In this document: piece by piece, positions 37,132 to 46,605 of the stretch
Position numbering within the stretch: the stretch's first letter is position 1
Layout of the letters: each line of letters opens with the position of its first letter
Made by a program: the position numbers and the translations under genes
NCBI GenBank assembly: GCA_017441925.1
Contig: JAFRUE010000016.1
Coordinates: 5,269 to 69,268 of the forward strand
Reading direction: 5' to 3'
DNA from: Bacillota bacterium
GTDB lineage: Bacteria; Bacillota; Clostridia; Lachnospirales; Bianqueaceae
DNA: 64,000 nt
Notes under the pieces: generated by a model
Told to the model about the DNA's origin: nothing
Databases searched by the model: none
Seen by the model: the letters and a program-made list of their open reading frames with translations, nothing else

Positions 37132-39357
37132 TTAAATCCGGTACTTCTCGTTGCGGCTGTCGTGGATCTCACCGCTCCAGTTCAGGCCGTATCCGAAGTC
37201 GTACACGTGTCCGCAGCTGTCCGTATAAGCCTCATAATCCGAAGGCAGATCTTCGCAGTGCGCGTCAAGCGTCTCCATCGACGCTGGCATTCTGCCGGGA
37301 AGCAGGCCGCTCGGTTCAACCTTGCCGGTCAGGATATAGCACCAGGCTTCGTCGCTGACGCCCCAGTCCAGAACGATGGCATCCGCATACGGTTCAAGCT
37401 CAGCCATGACCATCGGATTCTTCGCGTGGATGACCGCAATGACAGGCTTGCCGCCCATCGCTTCACGGGCCGCGATCAGCGCGTCGAGGTCTTTCTCGTT
37501 ATAGGCGCGTCCTGCGTGGCCGAGGATCGTCCGGTCACAGTCATTCTCCAGTTTATCGCCTCGCGCAATCGAATGCGCTCGTGATGTCGTGGAAACATAG
37601 GGACGGTACTGCAGCGAGATCGGGACGTATTCGTGCTTTGCGGTATCGTAGCCGAAGGACTGCGGAGACCGCATGACGACGATAGCCGCATCCGCTTCTT
37701 CCGGCGTATCGCACAGTTCGAAATACTTCTCCAGAATGCGGCGGTTAGCCGGGAAGAAATCGACCGCAGGCGTCCTGCTGCCAAAGAAATTGACCTTTTC
37801 ATCGTCGTGCAGCATCGGGACATAGATCTTGACCTTGCCCTCAAACGGCAGCACATTGTCCTTATTCTTCAGAAGCGCGATCGAACGGAGCTGCGCCTCA
37901 AAGCCCTCTTTGGTATACTGCGGGCAGCCGACGACCGATCTCGTGACGTCAAGGTCCAGATACGGATCCTCGTACAGTCCTGTGCGGAAAACATTCACGA
38001 GCAGCCGTCTCGCGCTCTCACGGATCCGCTTCTCTGTCCACTCCTCACCGTACTGCGCGTCAAGCAGGCGGAACGCTTCGAGCACCGGTACCGGGTCATT
38101 GTTGCCGCCGAACTGATCGCAGCCCGCATAGAGGATCTTCGCGTGACGCTCGGCGATGGTCTTATCCTCCATACCCCAGCACTTACCGGAGAAAGAATAG
38201 ATCTCCGGACCGTCGTTATTCGTGATACCCCAGTCCGTGCAGACTACACCGTCGAAACCGTACTGTCCCCGCAGTACGTCCGTGATCAGATGATGGCTGT
38301 AGGAATTACCGACCTGCTCGCCTTCATCGCCCAGATTCCAGGATACCGTATAGTACGGCATGACCGCCGCGGCCATCCCGGTCTTGCCTTCCAGCCGGAA
38401 CGCGCCGTCCGTAAATACTTTCTTATGGTCATCCGCGTTCCCGCCCGGGAAGACGCTGTATTTTCCGTAGGAGAAATGCGCGTCTCGGCCGCCTTCTCCT
38501 GTCCCGCCGCCCGGCCAGTGCTTGACCATCGCGTTGACGGAATCCTTGCCCCAGCCATCCGGGCTGCCCTCAGTCTCCTGCTCACCGTCACAGTACGCGC
38601 GGGCCATATCCTCGGAAAGCGCTTCACAGGCGCCGAAAGTCCCGCCGAAGCGGTTCCAGCGCGGATCCGTCGCGAGATCGATCTGGGGAGACAGGGACGT
38701 TGTAATGCCCATGCGCCTGTATTCGTCGCTCATGACCTCGCCGAAGCGCCTGACAAGTTCCGGATCAAAAGTCGCGGCCAGTCCGATCGGTTCCGGCCAT
38801 TCGCTGATATCGCTTCCGGCTCCCATGTTGAATTCAGCGTCCGCGCGGACTCCATGGCGGGGATCCGAGCTCACATTGACCGGAATGCCGTAAGGAAGCT
38901 CCTCGCAGAGCGCCTGCGCGTGATTGACCCAGGCCGCACAGATCCCGGAATTGTCCACTCGGGCTATCAGCACGTGCCGCACGCCTTCCGCCAGGAACTG
39001 TTTCTGCTGATCCGACAGATCCGCAGGCGTCTTACCGGCTTCCTCAGCTGATTTGCCGTCATAGGTCGGCTTCGCGAAATGCGCTGCCATGCCCGTCTGA
39101 TTCCTAACAAGATTCTGGTGGCTCGAATACAGCATCAGCCCGGCGATCTGCTCTCTCGTCAGGCGGCCGGCCAGATCCGCGGCGCGCTCAGACGCGGGAA
39201 GACGCCAGTCTTCATACGGTTTCAGCACTCCGTCCCGTTCAAAATTCTTATAGACCTTGCCGTCCTGTTCCAGCAGGATCGAAGTGTCCCTGACCGACAG
39301 TTCCGGGCCGTTCTCCATCTTTATTCTCGTGATTCCGTCTTTAACAGTACGTTTCAT
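37132..39357 (-). CDS. glycoside hydrolase family 3 (beta-glucosidase/beta-xylosidase type)
   Basis: 741 aa with GH3 N- and C-terminal domains. Nucleophile context GFDGVVCTDW. Confidence 0.9.
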   Translation of the reverse strand: MKRTVKDGITRIKMENGPELSVRDTSILLEQDGKVYKNFERDGVLKPYEDWRLPASERAADLAGRLTREQIAGLMLYSSHQNLVRNQTGMAAHFAKPTYDGKSAEEAGKTPADLSDQQKQFLAEGVRHVLIARVDNSGICAAWVNHAQALCEELPYGIPVNVSSDPRHGVRADAEFNMGAGSDISEWPEPIGLAATFDPELVRRFGEVMSDEYRRMGITTSLSPQIDLATDPRWNRFGGTFGACEALSEDMARAYCDGEQETEGSPDGWGKDSVNAMVKHWPGGGTGEGGRDAHFSYGKYSVFPGGNADDHKKVFTDGAFRLEGKTGMAAAVMPYYTVSWNLGDEGEQVGNSYSHHLITDVLRGQYGFDGVVCTDWGITNNDGPEIYSFSGKCWGMEDKTIAERHAKILYAGCDQFGGNNDPVPVLEAFRLLDAQYGEEWTEKRIRESARRLLVNVFRTGLYEDPYLDLDVTRSVVGCPQYTKEGFEAQLRSIALLKNKDNVLPFEGKVKIYVPMLHDDEKVNFFGSRTPAVDFFPANRRILEKYFELCDTPEEADAAIVVMRSPQSFGYDTAKHEYVPISLQYRPYVSTTSRAHSIARGDKLENDCDRTILGHAGRAYNEKDLDALIAAREAMGGKPVIAVIHAKNPMVMAELEPYADAIVLDWGVSDEAWCYILTGKVEPSGLLPGRMPASMETLDAHCEDLPSDYEAYTDSCGHVYDFGYGLNWSGEIHDSRNEKYRI

Positions 39358-39391
39358 CTGTTTCCTCCTGTTCGTTTTTATTATACTGTCC

Positions 39392-39405
39392 TGTAAACGT
39401 TAGCT
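39392..39405. promoter_or_regulatory. candidate cre (CcpA) site in the GH3 promoter region
   Basis: TGTAAACGTTAGCT matches about 11 of 14 positions of TGWAANCGNTNWCA. It lies just upstream of a minus-strand TATAAT (39380-39385). Confidence 0.35.
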
Positions 39406-39473
39406 TTGTTTATCATTCTATCATCCGGCCTGTGCTCCGTCAATAGTTCTGGGCTGCGGGCCGGCTCTGCTGG

Positions 39474-39502
39474 TTGCTTTTTAAGCGGATCTGCGGTATG
39501 AT
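39474..39502 (+). promoter_or_regulatory. candidate promoter of the MATE gene
   Basis: TTGCTT, 17-nt spacer, TATGAT, followed by the palindrome GGATCaGATCC. Confidence 0.4.
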
Positions 39503-39534
39503 AGGATCAGATCCATACAAAGAGAGGTCACAAC

Positions 39535-40887
39535 ATGATCCGGGATAAATCTTTCTATACCGCGTTCTTCAAAATGGCGCTCGTGCTGATCCTCCAGCAG
39601 GTGATCACGCTCAGCGTCAATCTGGCGGACAACATCATGATCGGCGCGTACAGTGAAGCCGCGCTCGCCGGAATCGCCGCCGTCAATCAGGTCCACTTCC
39701 TGTTCCAGCAGTCCACGATCTGCTTCGGCAGCGGCATCGTGATCCTTGGCTCCCAGTATTACGGCAAAAACAATCTGGCGCCTGTTAAGCAGCTCGTCTC
39801 GCTCGGCATGTGGTGCGGCGTGGCGGTCTCTTTCCTTTTTCTCATCGCAACAACGCTCTTCCCGGAACCGATCGTGCGCATTTACGTTGAAGATCCTGCG
39901 ATCATCGAAGAAGGGCTCGCTTACCTGCGGATCGTCCGCTTCACCTATCTGCCCTTCATCATTACGCAGATCCTGATAGCGACCCTGCGCGGCACCGGCG
40001 ACGTCAAGATCGTCGTCCCGCTCTCGCTCTCCGCGCTCGGTATCAACGTCCTGGCAAACTATGCACTGATCTATGGCCGGCTCGGCTTCCCGGAGATGGG
40101 TTCAGCTGGCGCGGCTCTCGCGACGCTAATCTCGCGTCTTGCGGAGCTTGCGATCCTCGCCGTCTATGTCGCCCGCCGCAACCGTCTCAGCCTGCGTCTT
40201 GCGCATTTCTTCGAAAAGATCACGGATATGCGTCTTGTAAAAGACTATTTCCGCGTCATTCTCCCGATCTTCGTGAACGGTTTCCTGTGGGGGCTCAACA
40301 TGTCCTGCCAAAATTCGATCCTCGGCCATATGTCGGCCGCCGCGATCGCGGCAAACAGTGTATCCACCTCGCTGTATATGGTCCTTAAATCCGTCCCGAA
40401 AGGCACACAGCTCGCCGCTGAGTTCTTCATCGGCAAAGCGATCGGCGAGGGCGACGACGGCAAAGTCACCCAGACCAGCCGTACGCTGCAGGTTCTCTTC
40501 GTCGCGATCGGCGCGGCTTCCGCTCTGATTCTGCTCGTTCTCATCAGGCCGTTCCTGGCACAATACAACCTCAGTCCGGAGACGATGAAACTGTCGAGCC
40601 AGTTCCTGATCGTTCTCGTCCTGATCATGACGCCGATGTCCTATCAGATGGCTACAAACGGCGGCATCATCAGCGGCGGCGGAGATACGAAGTTCCTGAT
40701 GGTGCTGGATATCGTGAGCATCTGGGCGATCGTGATCCCGCTCTCCTACATCATGGCATTCGTCGTCAAAGCCTCTCCGCTCGTTGTTCTCATCTGCCTC
40801 AATTCCGACCAGGTCTTCAAGGCCATTCCGGCCTTTATTAAGGCGAATTTCGGCCACTGGGCCAAAAAGCTCACGCACGAGGGCTGA
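39535..40887 (+). CDS. MATE family efflux transporter
   Basis: 450 aa, 12 TM segments, typical MATE N-terminus (FFKMALVLILQQVITLSVNLADNIMIG). Confidence 0.9.
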   Translation: MIRDKSFYTAFFKMALVLILQQVITLSVNLADNIMIGAYSEAALAGIAAVNQVHFLFQQSTICFGSGIVILGSQYYGKNNLAPVKQLVSLGMWCGVAVSFLFLIATTLFPEPIVRIYVEDPAIIEEGLAYLRIVRFTYLPFIITQILIATLRGTGDVKIVVPLSLSALGINVLANYALIYGRLGFPEMGSAGAALATLISRLAELAILAVYVARRNRLSLRLAHFFEKITDMRLVKDYFRVILPIFVNGFLWGLNMSCQNSILGHMSAAAIAANSVSTSLYMVLKSVPKGTQLAAEFFIGKAIGEGDDGKVTQTSRTLQVLFVAIGAASALILLVLIRPFLAQYNLSPETMKLSSQFLIVLVLIMTPMSYQMATNGGIISGGGDTKFLMVLDIVSIWAIVIPLSYIMAFVVKASPLVVLICLNSDQVFKAIPAFIKANFGHWAKKLTHEG

Positions 40888-40913
40888 ACCGCAGCACAAA
40901 GGAGGTGTCTGTC

Positions 40914-41243
40914 ATGATTGAATACAGTCCATTAGATTTTAACAAAAACGGTGACGTTTCACAGATGGAACTGGCTGCCGCCCACAAGCAGGCAGAGGAT
41001 TCCAGAAAGAAGAAGAAAACCTATTCCCCGGCCATGATAACCTTAGCACTCGGATTTCTGGTTATCATTTTCGCAAGCGCCGGGATTTACGGCGGGATCT
41101 CGGGCGGGCGCTACAAGATTATTGACCAGGACTATTATTGGAGTCCTGATTATCCGATGATCATAATCAGCAGCATCGTAATCGTCATAACCGTTTTTTT
41201 CATCATCCGCGCGTTTGTCAGACAGCATAAAAAAGCCTCGTAA
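40914..41243 (+). CDS. small membrane protein with an N-terminal EF-hand-like loop
   Basis: DFNKNGDVSQME fits the 12-residue EF-hand loop pattern (D-x-N-x-N-G-x-V-x-x-x-E). Two TM segments. The ATG at 40914 is 9 nt after AAAGGAGG; the track start at 40905 is a GTG. Confidence 0.6.
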   Translation: MIEYSPLDFNKNGDVSQMELAAAHKQAEDSRKKKKTYSPAMITLALGFLVIIFASAGIYGGISGGRYKIIDQDYYWSPDYPMIIISSIVIVITVFFIIRAFVRQHKKAS

Positions 41244-41258
41244 ACAAGGAGAAACAAC

Positions 41259-42821
41259 ATGGCAGACATTTACACCAATCCCATTCTGAAGGGTGATTAT
41301 TCCGATCCTGACGTGATCCGTGTCGGGAACGATTTCTACATGACGAGTTCGTCGTTCACGTATTTCCCGGGCATGCCCATCCTGCATTCAACGGATCTGG
41401 TCCACTGGGAGCATATCGGGTACGCCGCGCAGTCGCTCCCCTTCCCCGCGTACGAGAACACCAACCACAAAAAAGGCACCTGGGCGCCTTGCATCCGGTA
41501 CCATAACGGGACGTTCTATGTATATGTATGCGCACCAGACGAAGGACTGCTGGCCTTTACGGCCTCTGACCCGGCCGGCCCGTGGCGGATGACACACGCG
41601 GCGAACGAGACCGGCTGGATCGATCCGACGGTGCTTTTTGACGATGACGGTTCCGTCTGGCTGGTCCACGCCTGGGCGAGAAGCCGGGCTGCCATCGATT
41701 CACGTCTGTATCTGCACCGGATGAACGCGAACGGCACCAAGGTCATTGACGGAGGTGTCGAGATCTTCCACGAAGAGAAAAGGCACCCCACGACGGAAGG
41801 TCCCAAGATCTACAAGCGAAACGACTATTACTATATCATGAGTCCTGCCGGCGGCGTCAAAACCGGCTGGCAGCTAATCCTGCGCTCCCGGAATATCGAG
41901 GGGCCCTACGATGAAAAAATCGTGCTGCACCAGGGGACCACGGACGTGAACGGTCCGCATCAGGGCGGATGGGTGGATACACCTTACGGCGAAGACTATT
42001 TCATCCATTTCCAGGATGTGTATCCGTACGGCCGCATCCCGCATCTGCAGCCGGTGAAGTGGGTCGATGACTGGCCGCTGATGGGCACTAATCAGGACGC
42101 GGACGGCTGCGGTGAACCCGTGAAGGAGGCTCCGATGCCCAAAGGTCTTCCCGTCACGGAGCCGAAGATCTATACTTCGGACGATTTTACTGGGGACAGA
42201 CTCGGTCTGCAGTGGCAATGGCAGGCAAATCCCCGTACGGAATGGTACAGCCTGACCGAGAATCCTGGCGCCCTGCGGCTCAATACCTGCCGGATCCCCC
42301 GGACAGGGACACTTTTCCACGCGGGAAACTTCCTGTCGCAGCTGATGCAGTCCTTTGATTTTACATGGACAGTCAAGGTCGATCTGCATGCGAAAGAGCC
42401 CGGCGATCGGGCCGGTATCGCCGTGATGGGCTACCGGTATCATTATCTGGCGGTCGAAGCAGGCCGGGACGGATATGTTCTGAAATTGGTCGACGGCGAA
42501 GCGCAGGATATGCCGCGCGGTTATGTCGAGCAGGTGACGGAAAGCGCGGCCGAAGAAGCGCCGCTTGCATCCGGCACTGTGACGCTGCGGATGACCGTCC
42601 GGAGCGATTTTGCCGGCGAGCATCCGCGGATGTTTGTTCAGTATTCTTACAATGAAGACGGCATCACCTTCCGGAATATCGGATCCGAGCGCGAAGGCTT
42701 CGCCGGCGGTTGGACCGGCGCGCGGCCCGGCATCTTCGCGGCGAATTTCCGCGGCAAGGTCAGCCCGGGTTACGCAGACTTTTATCATCTGACTGTAGAG
42801 CCGCTGCTCTCGTTGTGCTGA
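41259..42821 (+). CDS. glycoside hydrolase family 43 (beta-xylosidase/alpha-L-arabinofuranosidase) with C-terminal beta-sandwich domain
   Basis: NPILKGDYSDPDVIRVGNDFYMTSSSF, TWAPCIRYHNGTFYVY, TEGPKIYKRNDYYYI. Confidence 0.9.
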   Translation: MADIYTNPILKGDYSDPDVIRVGNDFYMTSSSFTYFPGMPILHSTDLVHWEHIGYAAQSLPFPAYENTNHKKGTWAPCIRYHNGTFYVYVCAPDEGLLAFTASDPAGPWRMTHAANETGWIDPTVLFDDDGSVWLVHAWARSRAAIDSRLYLHRMNANGTKVIDGGVEIFHEEKRHPTTEGPKIYKRNDYYYIMSPAGGVKTGWQLILRSRNIEGPYDEKIVLHQGTTDVNGPHQGGWVDTPYGEDYFIHFQDVYPYGRIPHLQPVKWVDDWPLMGTNQDADGCGEPVKEAPMPKGLPVTEPKIYTSDDFTGDRLGLQWQWQANPRTEWYSLTENPGALRLNTCRIPRTGTLFHAGNFLSQLMQSFDFTWTVKVDLHAKEPGDRAGIAVMGYRYHYLAVEAGRDGYVLKLVDGEAQDMPRGYVEQVTESAAEEAPLASGTVTLRMTVRSDFAGEHPRMFVQYSYNEDGITFRNIGSEREGFAGGWTGARPGIFAANFRGKVSPGYADFYHLTVEPLLSLC

Positions 42822-42823
42822 TT

Positions 42824-43042
42824 GCGGCGGTAAAAATTTCATAAATGCTGTTTTTTACCGCCGGTTTTGGGCTCTGATGGCTGAACAGATTCGAAAAAAT
42901 GGCTTATTTTCAGCCAGTTCTGCTTGGGTCGGCAGAATAATTCAATAAATTCACTGATTTTTCTGCCAGGGGGCCCCATTTTGAGTCTTAATGACCTAAA
43001 TCTGGCGGTAAAATAAAGAAAAATAGGCGTTTTTACCGCCAC
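42824..43042 (+). repeat. multi-hairpin intergenic repeat element, copy A
   Basis: Four inverted repeats: GGCGGTAAAAA 42826-36 / TTTTTACCGCC 42852-62; GGCTGAA 42879-85 / TTCAGCC 42909-15; GGCAGAA 42931-37 / TTCTGCC 42961-67; GGCGGTAAAA 43004-13 / TTTTACCGCC 43031-40. The same architecture recurs at 60874-61082. Confidence 0.8.
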
Positions 43043-43124
43043 AGTCCGGCAAAAGTGTCCCCGGACACATCCGGCGCTATCACACCATCAACCACAATCA
43101 TTCATCACCCATAATCACTGCACC

Positions 43125-43181
43125 AAAAAAGGGCTTTGCAAGAGGATGATCCAAGAAGATAACCTCTGCAAAGTCCTTTTT
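43125..43181. terminator. bidirectional intrinsic terminator downstream of the RidA gene
   Basis: AAAAAA-GGGCTTTGCAAGAGG...CCTCTGCAAAGTCC-TTTTT. Confidence 0.65.
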
Positions 43182-43262
43182 ATATGCCGCGCCGAGAGTC
43201 ATTTGCCGCACCATTCACCGGCGGCTGTGCAATTCATCGGCTTCCGTTTGCCTGACTTCCGC

Positions 43263-43637
43263 TTACCCGATTTCCGCTACGGCTTCGATCTCAACGAGAG
43301 CGCCCTTAGGAAGCGCGCCGACTTCGAAGCAGCTGCGTGCCGGTTTGCCGGTAAAATATCCGGCATATACACTGTTGAATGCCGCAAAATCCTTGATGTC
43401 CGCAAGGAAGCATGTGGTCTTGACGACCTTCTCCAGACTGCTGCCGGCTTCTTCCAGCACGGCTTTCAGATTCGTGATGGCCTGGACGGTCTGCTCCTCG
43501 ATCGTCGTTCCTTTGAGATCGCCGGTCGCGGGATCCAGCGGGATCTGTCCGGACGTGAACACGATGCCGTTTGTGATGATCGCCTGTGAATAAGGTCCGA
43601 TCGCCGCCGGAGCCTTGGGGCTTTCTACGTATTTCAT
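43263..43637 (-). CDS. ridA: RidA family protein (reactive intermediate/imine deaminase)
   Basis: 124 aa. [12 protein letters not shown]...SGQIPLDP and [19 protein letters not shown] motifs. Confidence 0.9.
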   Translation of the reverse strand: MKYVESPKAPAAIGPYSQAIITNGIVFTSGQIPLDPATGDLKGTTIEEQTVQAITNLKAVLEEAGSSLEKVVKTTCFLADIKDFAAFNSVYAGYFTGKPARSCFEVGALPKGALVEIEAVAEIG

Positions 43638-43659
43638 CTTCGTATCTCCTGTCTTCTGC

Positions 43660-44046
43660 TTACGGAGTATAGTTGACTTCCATTACAATGTCTTCGAACG
43701 TGACCGCACGGACCTCTCCGCCGCCGGTCGGGTTCTTGGGCTCATACTGGATCTTGAATCCGTCCTTCTTGAAACGGGCAATGATGTCATCAAGCTGCTC
43801 TCTGGTGTCCACATGAATGCAGATATGCGCAAGTCCGCTGCGGTTCGGATCCTTCGGCTGATCCACGATCGCGGGCTTATTCATCAGCTCCAGCTTGGCC
43901 TGTCCGTCCAGATCCATGATATAGGAATAATAATTCGATTCCGGCTCATTGTAGGTCTTGAAGAGCTTTGCGCCGAAATAGGACTCAAAGAAAGCCTTTG
44001 CGCCTTCCAGATCCTTGACGAAAATCCCGACGTTGTGAATATACAT
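43660..44046 (-). CDS. VOC family protein (glyoxalase/bleomycin-resistance fold)
   Basis: 128 aa. N-terminal [11 protein letters not shown] and HICIHVD metal-ligand contexts. Confidence 0.8.
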   Translation of the reverse strand: MYIHNVGIFVKDLEGAKAFFESYFGAKLFKTYNEPESNYYSYIMDLDGQAKLELMNKPAIVDQPKDPNRSGLAHICIHVDTREQLDDIIARFKKDGFKIQYEPKNPTGGGEVRAVTFEDIVMEVNYTP

Positions 44047-44128
44047 GCTTATACCTCCTTAAACTTATGGCCCGGGGATGCCGGGCCTGGTGTACAAATA
44101 ACCGATTTGCAGATCGCTGATATGCAGA

Positions 44129-44947
44129 TTACGGCTTCTCCTCTATCCCGGCAGGTGCATTGTCCGCAACCGTGCCATCGGAAGTGCCGTCGGACGCATC
44201 ATCAGCGCCGCGCCAGCTCAGCGATCTCTGGACAAACTCGCGGGTCCTGGCTTCCTTGGGATTGTTGAAGAATTCCTCAGCGGTATTCTCCTCTACGATC
44301 ACGCTGCCCTCCATGAAAACGACACGGTTCGCGACGCTTCTCGCAAACTCCATCTCATGGGTGACGACGATCATCGTCATGCCCTCTTCTGCAAGCTGCC
44401 GCATGACATTCAGGACCTCGCCGGTCAGCTCGGGATCAAGCGCGGAAGTCGGCTCGTCAAAGAAAACGACCTCCGGGTTTGACGCAAGCGCGCGGGCGAT
44501 CGCCACACGCTGCTGCTGTCCGCCCGACAACTTGGACGGATAATAATCTTCTCTGTCGGAAAGGCCGACCTTAGCCAGCAGCTTACGGCCGATCTCCTCA
44601 GCCTCTTCTTTTTTCATCTTCTGTGCGACCGTCAGGCCGAGCGTAACATTGCCGAGCGCGGTCTTGTTGCCGTACAGATTGAAATTCTGGAAAACGAACC
44701 CGACCCGGTTCCTGTATCTGCGGAGCTCCTTGCCGGAGATGCGGTTCATATCGTGCTCTTCGCCGTCGATGACAAGTGTCCCGCTGTCAGCCCGCGTCAG
44801 ATAGCTCGCACAGCGCAGCAGCGTTGTCTTGCCGGATCCGCTGGGCCCGAGGATCGCGATAACGTCTCCGTCATTGACCTTGATGCTGACGTTGTCCAGG
44901 ACGACAGTCTTGCCGAATTTCTTGCATACATTCCGTAATTCAAGCAT
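44129..44947 (-). CDS. amino acid ABC transporter ATP-binding protein with acidic C-terminal tail
   Basis: [36 protein letters not shown]. An extra Asp/Gly/Ser-rich tail of about 30 aa follows. Confidence 0.9.
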   Translation of the reverse strand: MLELRNVCKKFGKTVVLDNVSIKVNDGDVIAILGPSGSGKTTLLRCASYLTRADSGTLVIDGEEHDMNRISGKELRRYRNRVGFVFQNFNLYGNKTALGNVTLGLTVAQKMKKEEAEEIGRKLLAKVGLSDREDYYPSKLSGGQQQRVAIARALASNPEVVFFDEPTSALDPELTGEVLNVMRQLAEEGMTMIVVTHEMEFARSVANRVVFMEGSVIVEENTAEEFFNNPKEARTREFVQRSLSWRGADDASDGTSDGTVADNAPAGIEEKP

Positions 44948-44948
44948 T

Positions 44949-45611
44949 TTACCGTCTCCTTTCCAGTGCGGCTTCCGCTTTACGCTGTACGACGGTCAGG
45001 ATCGAGCAGAAGATCAGATAGATCAGACCGGCTTCCAAATAGAGCCAGAAATAGTCGTACGTGCGGGAAGCGATACGCTGCGCGGTCGCAAGGATCTCGA
45101 CCAGAGCAACGTTGTAGGCCAGCGAAGTGTCCTTAACAAGTCCGATCAGAGAATTGGACAGCGGCGGGAAAGCCGTGCGGAGCGCCTGCGGGATGATGAC
45201 GTGCACCATCGCCTGCCAGAATGTCAGTCCGTCGCAGTAGCTCGCCTCGAGCTGCCCGACCGGCACCGACTCGATCGCCGCACGCACGGTCTCGGAGCAG
45301 TATGCACCGATACTCAGAGAAAGAACGATCCATGCGCTGACAAACGGTGTGAACTTGATCCCGATATTCGGCAGACCGAAATAGACAACAAAAAGCTGAA
45401 CGATCATCGGTGTACAGCGGATGATCCACACGTAAACCCTGACGAGCTTCCTCATGACAGGGACTTTCGCGATCTGCATCAATGCCACAAACAGCGCGAT
45501 CAGAATGCCTGTCGAGAAAGCGGCAGCCGTCAGAGGAAGCGTTACCTTCAGCCCTGCCATCAGCAGTTTGCCAAAGGAATCGATCAGTTCCTGGATTATT
45601 CTTTCAGTCAT
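44949..45611 (-). CDS. amino acid ABC transporter permease (His/Glu/Gln/Arg/opine family)
   Basis: 220 aa, 5 TM segments, EAA loop ([22 protein letters not shown]). Confidence 0.9.
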   Translation of the reverse strand: MTERIIQELIDSFGKLLMAGLKVTLPLTAAAFSTGILIALFVALMQIAKVPVMRKLVRVYVWIIRCTPMIVQLFVVYFGLPNIGIKFTPFVSAWIVLSLSIGAYCSETVRAAIESVPVGQLEASYCDGLTFWQAMVHVIIPQALRTAFPPLSNSLIGLVKDTSLAYNVALVEILATAQRIASRTYDYFWLYLEAGLIYLIFCSILTVVQRKAEAALERRR

Positions 45612-45641
45612 AAATCAGAATTGTCTCCGTAATAGTCTGTG

Positions 45642-46445
45642 TTAGCCCTGGGTCGTGTCGACGTCGAAATACTTCATGGAGATCGCGGTCAGAGTGCCGT
45701 CTTTCCTCGCCTTGTCAAGAGCCTCGTCGATGACTTTCACAAAGTCTTCGTTGCCCTTTACGACCGGAATGTACTCTGTCGGCTCCGGATCGCTGACGGT
45801 GATGATCTTGAACTGATCCTTCTGCTCCGGATGCTGCTTCAGATAATCCGCCAGAGATACAAGCGTATTGAACGTCACGTCCGCGCGGCCGTTCAGGACT
45901 TCGCTGATCGCCTGGGCGGCTTCCTCAACGTCGTCAAATACGCATCCGGCCTGCTCCGCGAAAACACCGATCGTGCTGGTCGGATTGTTGGAAGCGGTCT
46001 TGCCCTTAACATCCGCAAGCGTATTGATCTCGTCGTTGTCCGCGCGCACCAGCATCGCGTACTGAGAATAGTTATAGGCAGTGGAGAAATCGTATTTTTC
46101 CTTGCGATCGTCTGTCGCTGTAACGGCATTGACGATGATATCGACCTGTCCCGCGTCGAGCGCCGCGAAAATAGAGCTCCAGACGGTCTCGGTATAGCGG
46201 ACCTCTACTCCGATATAATCGGCGATGACCTTGGCGACTTCGACCTCGAAGCCGACCAGATTGTCGTTCTCGTCATGATAGGTGTACGGGCTCCATGTAC
46301 CCTCGGTTCCGACCATAAGATATCCGCGCTCTTTGATCTGTTCAAGCAGGGTCTTCTCAGCAGCTTCTTTCTTGCCGGAGCAGCCGGAAACGGCCATCGC
46401 GAGTGTCAGCAGGCTCAGCAGAATCGCAAGCATCCTCTTTTTCAT
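45642..46445 (-). CDS. amino acid ABC transporter substrate-binding lipoprotein
   Basis: Start MKKRMLAILLSLLTLAMAVSGCSG (lipobox), preceded by GAAAGGGGA. Family-3 SBP motifs (GTEGTWSPYTY). Confidence 0.88.
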   Translation of the reverse strand: MKKRMLAILLSLLTLAMAVSGCSGKKEAAEKTLLEQIKERGYLMVGTEGTWSPYTYHDENDNLVGFEVEVAKVIADYIGVEVRYTETVWSSIFAALDAGQVDIIVNAVTATDDRKEKYDFSTAYNYSQYAMLVRADNDEINTLADVKGKTASNNPTSTIGVFAEQAGCVFDDVEEAAQAISEVLNGRADVTFNTLVSLADYLKQHPEQKDQFKIITVSDPEPTEYIPVVKGNEDFVKVIDEALDKARKDGTLTAISMKYFDVDTTQG

Positions 46446-46552
46446 AATCAGTGTTCCCCTTTCAAAATAAAATAAGAATAAGTATGACGTCACCGGCTGT
46501 TTTCTATTACCTGAGTCAGGCAGCCGATATACCTAGCGACCCAGTATGTTAT

Positions 46553-46581
46553 ATTCTAAAGCCCGCACGGTGTTTTGTCAA
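46553..46581 (-). promoter_or_regulatory. promoter of the amino-acid ABC operon
   Basis: On the minus strand: TTGACA, 17-nt spacer, TAGAAT. Confidence 0.55.
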
Positions 46582-46605
46582 TACATCCCTGATAATATCC
46601 TGTAT

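Noticed and set aside
42839-43042. 67-aa minus-strand ORF over repeat copy A, and the 128-aa ORF 60705-61091 over copy B. They share short peptides (AVK..., ...FTA...).
   Set aside because: The shared peptides come from translating the palindromic arms (GCGGTAAAA = AVK, TTTACCGCC = FTA). There is no RBS, and the frame is not conserved between copies.
42824-43042. Whether the repeated GGCGGTAAAA-type units could be a small CRISPR array.
   Set aside because: The units are inverted, not direct. Spacing is irregular, only four arms occur per locus, and no cas genes are present.
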